A DNA stretch of 64,000 nucleotides from the NCBI RefSeq assembly GCF_009914755.1, contig NC_060929.1; one strand, written 5' to 3'. A program made the position numbers and the translations under genes. The DNA is from the human T2T-CHM13v2.0 reference genome, Homo sapiens. Shown here one piece after another: positions 54,022 through 64,000 of this stretch (its first letter is position 1; every line of letters begins with the position of its first letter). Below the pieces are notes generated by a model. It made no database searches. It was not told the origin of the DNA and was given only the letters and a program-made list of their open reading frames with translations.

Positions 54022-54487
54022 TGATATGGTTTGGATCTGTGTTCCCACCAAATCTCATGTGGAATTATAAGCTCCCATGTTGAAGGTGGGGCATGGTGGG
54101 AGGTGATTGCATCATGATGAAACTTTTCTTCCTCAAACTTTTAAAACATGTGCATCCTACTTCTCCTTTTCTCCTTTTTCTTGCTATACTGACAGAGGGT
54201 TAGCACCATCCCCTTGGTGCCTGTTTTGGTGATAGTGAATGGGTTATCATGAGATCTGGTTGTTTAAAAATGTGTGGCACCTCGCCCCTCTCTCTGCCTA
54301 CTGCTCCGGCCATGTAAGATGAGCCTGCTTCCCCTTTGCTTTATGCCAAGATTGTAAGTTTCCTGAGGCCTCCCCAGCCATGTTTCCTGTACAGACTGTG
54401 GAACTACAAGCCAATTAAAATTCTTTTCTTTATAAATTACCCAGTGTCAGGTATTTCTTTATAGCAACGCAAGAACAGACTATTACA
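54022..54487 (+). mobile_element. MSTA/THE1D-type MaLR solo LTR with an ~80 bp internal insertion
   Basis: tgatatggtttggatctgtgttcccaccaaatctcatgt...gattgtaagtttcctgaggcctccccagcc...ataaattacccagt...gaacagactattaca. Confidence 0.9.
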
Positions 54488-56346
54488 AGTCCTTACTCTT
54501 GTTTTATTTGTTTTACTCAACAATGTATGCCTTCTAATGTACATTTTAGTACTGAACACATTGGTGAGATTAAGAAGAGGATAAAACCAAAACCATTTAA
54601 TATATGCTTTTTAGGGATTATGCAAAACAAAAACCAACAACAAAGACTGTACATCCATCCTGAAGTATGGAAGCAGCCAATCAATCAGAATGGTACTCAC
54701 AAAAATTGTTTGAAATGAGTAGTAAATAATGAAAACATTCTTTCATGATCATGGTCATTCTGGTAAGTATCATTTCCACAATTTCAGTTGGCTTAATCAA
54801 GTGACGTACCTTGGCAATGTATTAATATCTTAAATACCTTCAAGTTATAAATTCAAGTTGAAAATAACAAAACTTTTAATTTGATATGTAATATAATGAG
54901 GTTTCCTAAGATTATTGAGCTATGATGTAAACGCTTCAATCACCTAGGTTTTGACTGCCAATATTAGTAATATTACCTACTTATTAGTGAAAGAAACCAA
55001 TGATAGTTTGAGGCAATATACACAAACTACATTCAGCATATGAAGAAGTATGGCCCTAAGTTGTCTATAACCAAGGAGTAAACTGAAGATCCATTTGCTG
55101 CCATTTCAGAAGTCACTAACATTCAAGCTTCCATTTTTATTTTTTTAATGTGCTACGAATGTTGACTTAGTATCTTTTGTGAGAAATCATTCCATAATTT
55201 CAGATTAATGTTTGATCTAAAAATATGCAGAACTGCCTTACAAAGTCAGGATACACTTGCTAACATTCTCAATAGTATATGAAATGAATTATAATTTCCT
55301 ACCTTAAAAGAAATAAGAAAAAATAACATCTGGATTTGGGACTGACTCAAACTATACATCACCAAGGAGAAATAGATACCTCAATGAAAATTTGCAAAGA
55401 ATTGTATCCTTCTTAATAACTGATCACTTTTACAATTGTATTTTATTTTATTAAATTACAACAAACCTTTTTCTCTGAACTTTATGTAAAACTGAGTCTC
55501 TTTGTAGCTAAAAGCCCAAATTTCCAGGGAAAGAAAAATGCAGATAGTTTGGCTAAAGCACTACCATGTTTCTTTGAGCTCCTTGAAAAGCGTTATTTTT
55601 AGCAGAACGTAGTTAAATGCCCTCTCCACCCCATTACCCTGGTGGATAACTTTCCAGATTCAATGTGTTTACTCAATTCCCCAAGCTAGAGTCTACAAAT
55701 TCTCCTAGACTCTTCTTAAAACTTCCATTCACCTCTTGACAAACTGAAGACAGTAATCAGAATCTGATTAATGTTTCCTCTTGGGGGAAAAAAATAAGGA
55801 GAACATGCTGACCCAAACCAGCAGACTGTTCCTTTTAAAAAGACACAAAAGTTTAGAAACAAAAAACAGAATCTCTATTTTCAGTCTATGAAGCAATTCC
55901 TCTCTGTTAATTAGCTCAAAGAATGTCAAATTGAATCCCTTAAATATGTGTTGGCAATGTGAATTATTTTAATTATAAAAAGGAATACTACCAAACAAAC
56001 CACGTTTAATTCAGTAAACAACCATCCACAGGAAATAGGTTTTATCAAATCAAGTAATCCTCACATTATTTAACAACCCAAAAGGCACTGCTTGGACATT
56101 TCATTATTAATGACCTTAATAGCTCAAAGGACACTTCAGGCTGCTGCTGGAATAATGTTTTGTGGCTGAGGCTTTCATTTTTTCCTGACAAGAGAGCTAA
56201 TTTGACTGTTTATATGTCAGTGCCACAGCAGTGCTGATCTCATCATATTACCTTTATTTTCAGTTCTCGCCCAATGGTCCCAGGGATGTTTTACAACAAA
56301 AGAAATTTTCAACAGAAACATCTTGTGATGACCCTGACTGCACAGA

Positions 56347-56718
56347 TGTCTTAGTCTGTTTTGGTTGCTATAATAAAATACTACAGACTGGGTAATTTGT
56401 AAAGAACAGCAACTTATTTTCTCACTGTTCTGGAGGCTGCCAAGTTCAAGATCAAGGTGCCAGCAGGTTCAGTTGTCTGGTGAGGGCTGCATCCTCTGGA
56501 GGGGAAGAACACTGTGTCCTCACATAATAGAAGGTGGAAGGGCAAGAGGTACAATTTTCCTCTGTCAAGCCTTTTTATAAGGGCACATAATCCCATTGAT
56601 GAGGGGAGGACCTCTCATGACTTAATTACCTCTTAAAGACTTCACCCCTTAATGTCATCACATTGGCAATTAAGTATTAACACCTGAATTTTGAAGGAGA
56701 AACATTCAAACCACAGCA
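56347..56718 (-). mobile_element. MSTC/MSTD-like MaLR solo LTR
   Basis: tgtcttagtctgttttggttgctataa...caagatcaaggtgccagcagg...aacattcaaaccacagca. TSD acaga/agaga. Confidence 0.88.
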
Positions 56719-56897
56719 AGAGACAAAGACACAGACATACAAACATCAAATAACCAACTAATCGGGATAACCAAAAACTTCCATTTTTGAAAGAATAAGT
56801 TACCATTAGAAATGAACAGTGAAACAGGTTTCTGTAATCGAATATACTCAACTCTCTTCTCTAGGAAGAAGAGAATACCTATTTCTTTAAAAATAAA

Positions 56898-56960
56898 AGA
56901 TAGGAAGAAAGGGAGAGAGGGAAGGGCAGGAGAAAAGAAGGGAAGGAAGAAAGAGAGAAA
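56898..56960. repeat. Polypurine (GA-rich) tract
   Basis: About 60 nt almost entirely G/A. Confidence 0.75.
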
Positions 56961-59900
56961 TATTAACTGAACTTCATTTTTCTTATTTGGCTTTCTTCTA
57001 AGAGTCCAAACAAATGGAAAGCATTTATGTTCAAAATGAGATTGCTTTTGTTCCTAACACTGATCAAGATTTTTGCTCTTTCTTCTTCTTTCTTTTTTTC
57101 CATCTCTTTTCAGGACACCAACTCTGGGCCACCTCCCAGCTTTTGCTTGCTATGCTCAGACAACAACCTACACAAATCCACAGTTAGGCCAGCAGGCTGG
57201 ACAGAGACTAAACTCCTACTCCAGCCACATGGTGGAATTTCTCAGTGCAGCCCCAGCCCAGCCTATCCAGGGCCTCTCAGGGTTACATTCTCTCAGATCG
57301 ACAAAATTTGTTTCTAGGACTTTTATTGTTTTAATTCTCAACCGTCTCTTCTCTCAGCTTCCACACACAGTCACCTTGACGCATTGCTATTCTTTTCTAA
57401 ACCCACCCTCGGAAGAAAGTGACAATAGAGTTTCCCAAGTTCCATGGGTAGAAGATTGGACAGAAGAAAAGGGAGCAGCCAGGACACTGCGGTAGATCCA
57501 GTTTAGCCCTTAAGGTCTGTGCAGCGTTCACACACAAAGGAAATGCGAGTCTCTTGCTACTTGCAGATGTTGCTCCCCTCGGGCACTTTGACCAAAAAAG
57601 AAAAAAAAAAAAAAAAATGGAAGAGATAAATAAGCGAAGAAGAACCTTTGTGGAGGGGAGGAAGTGAGGAAAGCCCTTTACATTTGTGTTCTCCACATAC
57701 TCCATGGCAATTAATTCGGTTTCGTCCCAGGAAAAAGCTCTCAGTATAGCAAGCAACATGAAGCTTTGGGTGTTTTCTTTGTTCAAGGTTAACTTTTTGC
57801 AAGTCTGATTTCCCCCTGCTCACACAACTCTGCCACAGAGCTCTGGTAGGTAAAGCATTCCTGAGCAAAATAAAATGAAATAAAATAAAGCCTCTACTGT
57901 CTGCTCCCAAGCTTGTCTTATTGGCATTTTAAGGCAATATTCAACTCTCCTATAGACGTAATTTTCCGTCAGTTATTCTGCCCCAGAGTAGAACACAAAG
58001 TGCAGAGAGAAGGAAAGAGACAGAGGCTGCCTGGAATCACCTGTATACTAATAATATCTATCAAGGTTCACTTGGGAGCGTCCCTTCCTCCTTAGGCTGA
58101 AAGGACTTTTTTTTTTTTCCTCCTTCTGCAAACCTGACATGCAGCCAAAAACTCCCAGTGAGGAGATATATTCATTTAACTGTGCAAAGGTCAGACAAAA
58201 ATGTGGTAAGGGCATTTTATTTTTCAACGCATATTAATCTCGATTTTGCTCCCCTTCAGAGACTCTTAAAAAGCCGTGGGAGTCAGCTCGCACCTCAATG
58301 CAGATTTCTGGCAAGCACCATTCAAGGATCTGTGGGCTGCAATGACACGGGTGGTCAAGGGCGGAATTACACAGCTCAGACCAGAGCCAGCTTCTTTGCT
58401 TTGACTGTTTTCCTCTTGCTGCGTCTCTTTGGTCTTCGGAAGGAAATCTGTTAGGTGGTTAATTTTAAGTGAAGGGCTACCTCTAGCATTAGCACGCCCA
58501 ATACAAATGCTTCCAATAACAATTCTACAATTTGCCTCTGTGAAGCAATAAAAATTAATGAACACAAGAATGATGGGTGAATGTCCAGGAAGAATTTACT
58601 TTTGTTCTTTGTCAATTAAAACGCACCCACACACACTTTATTTATTTATTTTTTTATTTTTTTATTTTTTTTTTTACAGCCATGCTCTCTTCTTTTCTGG
58701 GAAAAGAGAACAAGGATGTATCATAATCTTTTTACCACATCTGGCTGTTGCATTTTCCTCTATTTTTCCAGCTCACCTAAGATTCAGCTTACGATATAGC
58801 TTCTAAACATATTATTTATTACTACCTCAATCATAGCCAAAACTTATATGTGTTTACCAAACAAATCCTATTACTATGTCTTACCTAGGTTTTGCTTATA
58901 TTATGTAAAGGGTCCTTTCATTTAAAATCAGTTATTTCCTTTATTAAGAGCAGCAGGGAATTTGGTTGCACACTGCAGTGGTTAAATTGCCAAACCTGAT
59001 TCAATCCAAAGAATCATCTCCGAACACTCCCAGTTGAGAATAAGCCTTGGGCAGAACTCCAATTTGTTGCAAAAAACTTTAGCATATAAAACGGTTATGA
59101 AAATATGACAACAGAAGATCCATTTCAGTACTGCTACAAAACAGTATGTTTCTGGTGTATTTTTGACCAAACATCCTCCCATGCCCCCATTTACTTCAAT
59201 CAAGTACACCACCTCAGTGCTGGAGAGTGTAATAGGAACACTCTCATATTAAGATGCACACACATTTATGTGGCCATGAACATTCAAGATGTATTTGTAG
59301 AAGAATTCTGCTTCTATAAATTACATTCTCATAGAGAAAATGATAATCACTTTTAGTGCTTTGAGGTTATGCTATTTTCACATCAGATGTGAAGCTGCTT
59401 TTTGAAATCTTAGATAAAACTTTTAGATTAACAGCTACTGTGCACAGTTTAGCCCTAAGGCAAAGAAGGATGGAAAGATTAGGATTTCTTTCTTATTTAA
59501 ATCTTACTGTTAAATCACATGGAGCCAGCTGAGTTCTTGGGGGGAAAAAGTCAGAAAATAGTAGAGTGAGAAAAGTAAGCACTTTAAATTGATAACTCTT
59601 CATACATTTCCCTAAACCTGCTTTTTATTAGACATTAAAAGTAGTTGGAATACATTTAATAAGTTGTTTTCGCTCTACTACTTGGAACACATTGAAGTCT
59701 TTCAAATGGTGGTTGAATCAAACATTCTGAAATGTTTTCCAGGGTGTATAATATAAAAAAAAATGCTTCTGAAATAAGATAAGGAATGTTTAACTATTAT
59801 ATATCACTTTATATAAATTATAGCTGATTATCAGCTATAATAATAAACATATATTGAGAAATTAGTTTTCTAAATTCTTGTCTTGTAAGAAGTAATGTAG

Positions 59901-61779
59901 AAAGGAAAAAATACCTAAGAGAGACTAATCTTTCCTAGTTAAAATCAATGGTTCACCGCATTACATAGAAAGCTTCCTTCCGTGTTCCCCAATCTACAGA
60001 AACAGAGAGCACTAAGTATAAGAGCTAGATTTGAGGTAAACAGTGAATTCCTTTTCAGATGACTCCCTTTATTGTTATTATATTTAAAAACATAAAGGGA
60101 GATGATGCTTGCCATCTTAGGTTATATTATATCTTTAAAAATGTTTATTAATGCCTTTTAAAATTGAATTGTGAGACTTGATTCATGGTTTTCAGAAATA
60201 AGATATTTGTTTATGTGCATATAAGAAAAACTAAACATATTAAGAAACCTCCATGCATTGAAACAACTGGCTTATTTAATCTTGAGTTATTGCTGTTGGC
60301 TAAATATAATACCAGGTTGTTTTTCCTTAATTTTTAATATTGAATGAACTTGTTCAATAACTAAAATAGTAGGTGTATTTTGAACTATGCATCTGGAAAT
60401 TTTTTATATTCATTCTCTATCCTCACGGAAGAGACCAGAAGCAATTTTAGTGTCCATAATTTTTGATGTAGCACAAAGGTTTTCCCCAATATTTCGCAGC
60501 AGAGCACTAAGATGCTTGACCTGCCTGAATCTGTCTCACTTGGCTAGAGATGGCCTGTCAAATCCATCAAATACTGATTGGAATAGATTACTGAGTTGAT
60601 GGAGCACTGGGATTAGGCCCATCCTTCTGCAAGAGACTCCGTAATCATGATGAGAGGTTATTGTTGCCAAGGAACTCAAAAGAGACAAACCACACTGCAT
60701 GCAAGGATCAACTAGAGCTTTTTGTAATGCAACAGACATTGAAAAATGATACAATTCAAGACATGCGCCCCTAAGCCCAGTGAACATCAAAAAAAAATAT
60801 GTTTAGCAGTCATAAAAGTACAACTGCAACATTTTAACAAAAGTAATAAATTTGGAAGGTTTCCAAGCCTTCCAAATAAATTTAATCTTTCCTTGAAGCT
60901 TAATGTTTCTATTTAATTGAAATGTAATGTTTTATTTTTTGCTCTTATAAACAGAACATGATATCTCTTAAAGGCAAATTATAAATTATATTATTCTATT
61001 CATAAAAATAAATAAATGGGAATAGGTATATAATTATTGTTCAAACATTGTAAACATGGGCTTTGAGAAGCTAATATTATTGGGATTTTACTAGGTTAAA
61101 AGCCAATGACAAAAGCTTTTCATTAAAGTAGGCTCACTGAATGTATTAATATAAGGATGTACAATTCAGCTTGCTTAAATTGTACCAGCACTAAAATGTA
61201 TGACATGGAGGGTTAAAAATATATTTCCACTGGACTATCATTACTGTGGCATTTTTCTTTTTCTTTGACCCCTAGAAAACTGACTTTTCCTATGTACTAC
61301 ATTGCTGTTTTCCTTTAATTCATCAATGAAATGGAACCACTTTTTAAATACATAAATTCAGTCAAACAGTAAGGTATATGTGCCTTAACTGAAAGATGTA
61401 AAATATGACACATTCATATAGAGACCTAAACTCTGAAATATGGAGAGCATTGCTAGTGACAACATCTTCTTGAGCAATGTATTCTGATGACAGAAAAGCC
61501 AAAATGTTTTTTTCAATATAGCCAGAACCATAGCGTATAGTAATAAAGAGGAATCCTGGTAGGAATAGCATTATATAACTGCATTTAATTTTAATAAAGA
61601 TCCTAATCTTCCTAGTCACTCAAGGTATTTCCACATTTCTAGTACAGTAGAAATTTGAGGGATTTAGGCATTATAAAAATGAAATACTTTTTTCTTACAA
61701 GCACCCCTGGTCAATAATTTTTAAGAATTTTGATATCAAAGATGGTATAAAGCATGATAAACAACACCTGGTTTGAAGT

Positions 61780-61930
61780 CTGTTAGACATGCCCCAGCAG
61801 CTTTACATATAATGTTTTGAAAATAGATCTTCCCAAAGTTTCTTGAGGTAGACAGTATTATGTTTATTTCATAAACAAGAAAACTAAGGCTCAGAACACT
61901 TGTCCACCATCACACCCCAAGTCAGTTTGG
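61780..61930 (-). mobile_element. MIR fragment
   Basis: gctttacatataatg...gaggtagacagtattatgtttatttcataaacaagaaaactaaggctcaga. Confidence 0.7.
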
Positions 61931-62579
61931 TTGAATTGTATTGGATGAAAGGAGCCAGATTATAATAGTTATAATGTGTCTCCTCTATGCTCTCAGAGGC
62001 AGTGTTTTTACATGTAACTAGGTGTGACTGTTCAATAGCCATTATTGAAAAAACAGAGAGTGAAATTATATGTAATTACTTACTATCCTATTCCTGTCTC
62101 AATTTGTATATATCATATGGTGACTGACATCGTGTCAATTGCCCCCTAAAAATCTAAAACTTAAATTGTGCTCTTCAAAAGGGCTGTGCTGTGTTTTGTT
62201 CTTTTTTTAAATCCTATCATTTAACAGAATGCCTGATTACAGGAGAAAAGAGCTATATGAATAAATAAATGAATCATTGCATCAAAAAATTAGTTGCTTA
62301 ATCTTAGAAGGCTGAAATGAAGAAATTATATAAAAATCCAATCCAAAATTGTTTCCAGAGCTGTTAAGAAAAATTAACCACAGACCAGTGACCACAATAT
62401 TTGTTAGCTTGCTGGGTTTATCCTTCTCTACTTTATTATTTCCAGGTTGAGGTCATCTCTATTTTAATTTCATATCATCACTAAACAAACAGTGTTCATG
62501 TAACTGAATTTTGTTTCTAGAGTGTATTTGAATTACATAAAAAATAACAGTCACTTTGGGGCCCTTCATGGATTCCAGG

Positions 62580-62900
62580 ATTCACTTATTTACTCACTCC
62601 ACACATACACTTACTGAACACTTTCTAAGAAATAAGTGCTAAGGATAGAAATATGAATAAAATACAGTCCCTACTAATTATAAGTATACAGTTTAACCAT
62701 TGGAAAAGGCTGCAAAAGACCATTATGCAATGTTTTAGGTGCTACAGAAGTGAGCTCAAAATGCTAAGGAAGAATGGGAAAGGGAATCATCAGAGAAGAG
62801 GTGTGAACTCAGTCGTGTTAGAAGACAAGTTTTTCAAAAAAAAAACAAAAAACAAAAAGGGTAGGGCATTGTAGGAAAAAGGTTAATGACAAATAGGACT
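62580..62900 (-). mobile_element. L2 3' fragment
   Basis: cacttactgaacactttcta...gtgctaaggatagaaatatgaataaaatacagtccct. Confidence 0.65.
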
Positions 62901-63229
62901 TTCCTCACATAGGTGGCCATAGGTGGCTGGGTGGATGTGTGGACACATCCCAATACAGACGGCACATCACTGTCTGAGGTTTCTTTGAACTAGCCCATGC
63001 ATACTGGTGGGCTTGATGCCTGTCTGCTCCTTCCACTTCTTGCCTTGCTTTCCTCTAGATTTCAGAGTTTTCATTTCCCTTGGGCCAGCTTCTGACTCCT
63101 CTTGGTCAAATCTTACTACTGACATCTCTGTGATTCTCCTGTAACCATGCCTCCTTGATTATGGATAAAAATTTGTCCTATTACAATACAAGCCAGAATC
63201 TGCTGGACATTGTCTTTGGCTCAAGTCTG

Positions 63230-63310
63230 TGTAATGGGCAGAAGATCTCAGTTGACTTTGGACAAGTCACTTTTCTTTCTAAGCCTTGGTTTTCTTAACA
63301 AAATGCAACA
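63230..63310 (+). mobile_element. MIR core
   Basis: tgactttggacaagtcacttttctttctaagccttggttttctt. Confidence 0.6.
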
Positions 63311-63314
63311 TTTT

Positions 63315-63758
63315 TGATACAGACAGGGAAATGTTGGGTAGAGGAGGGCGGTTCTCTGGCAAAGGCCCCACCCCCAAGCCTGGAGACCCACAGCCCTAAG
63401 TGGGAACAGGCATTTCTGTTTTTGCACCAAAAACATCGCCTTTTGGCCCCTCACACCTCCCTATCCTATACCCATATAACTCCCAAACCCCAGGGTGCAG
63501 AGGCAGACAAACAGATGAGGAGAGGAGGAGAAAACACAAGAAGACAAGCAGACACCAGCAGAATGGCATGGCGGAGAAAGAGAGAAGGGAAGGAACATCT
63601 GAATGCCAAGAGGAGTTTGGCAGGGGACGGTCAGAGGGGAGTTCAGCCACTGGACAGCCAAACTCCAGGGGAAGATCATCTTCCCACTCAATCTGTCTTC
63701 CAGCTCCCCATCCATCCTGCTGAGAGCCACCCCCACCACTCAATAAAACCCCACATTC
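63315..63758 (+). mobile_element. LTR1-family LTR (ERV1), 5' part
   Basis: tgatacagacagggaaat...agggcggttc...ggcaaaggccccaccc.caagcctg. TATA-like ccatataa at about 63472 and AATAAA at 63742-63747. Confidence 0.85.
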
Positions 63759-64000
63759 CAGCCCCAGTCAGGGGCTTATAATAGATAAAACTCCCATCTC
63801 CCTGGGACAGAGCACCTGGGGGAAGGGGCGGCTGTGGGCACAGCTTCAGCAGGCAGAAATTCCTGCCTGCTGGCCCTGAAGAGAGCAGTGGATCTCCCAG
63901 CGCAGGCTCGAGCTCTGCTAAGGGACAGACTACCTCCTCAAGTGGGTCCCTGACCCCCGTGCCTCCTGTCTGGGAGACACCTCCCAGCAGGGGTCGACAG
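63759..64000 (+). mobile_element. L1PA7/8-like 5' UTR, 5'-truncated, running off the window
   Basis: cagccccagtcaggggcttata..gataaaactcccatctccctgggacagagcacctggggg...cctcctcaagtgggtccctgacccc...gggagacacctcccagcaggggtcgacag. Confidence 0.88.

Noticed and set aside
57027-58806. Cluster of 80-140 aa ORFs on both strands
   Set aside because: They overlap one another, cross poly-A/T tracts and show no homology; not a gene.
63314-63781. 155 aa ORF and overlapping ORFs
   Set aside because: They lie almost wholly within the GC-rich LTR1, where stop codons are scarce.

Overview
AT-rich, CpG-poor primate genomic DNA (AluY, AluS, FLAM and an L1PA 5'UTR indicate a catarrhine, probably human). It is intergenic or deep intronic. 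I found no host protein-coding exon, RNA gene or CRISPR array; the listed ORFs are chance ORFs or transposon remnants. The main feature is an essentially complete but decayed ~7.5 kb class III endogenous retrovirus on the minus strand (13261-20748; LTR47A-like LTRs, ERVL47-like interior). It retains gag, an amber stop, protease (DTGA), RT (YIDD), RNase H and integrase. Unlike HERV-L it also has a gamma-type env (CXXC, CX6CC, membrane anchor) and a tRNA-Arg(ACG)-type PBS, plus a possible vestigial dUTPase segment. The rest is layered repeats (L2, MIR, L1M, Tigger1, MER47B, MaLR LTRs, LTR8, LTR33A, MLT2B, LTR1 joined to L1PA) separated by repeat-poor blocks with developmental transcription-factor motif clusters. 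Family names come from recalled consensus sequences, not a database search, and boundaries of old repeats are approximate. I see no convincing new biological system; the provirus is the best lead.
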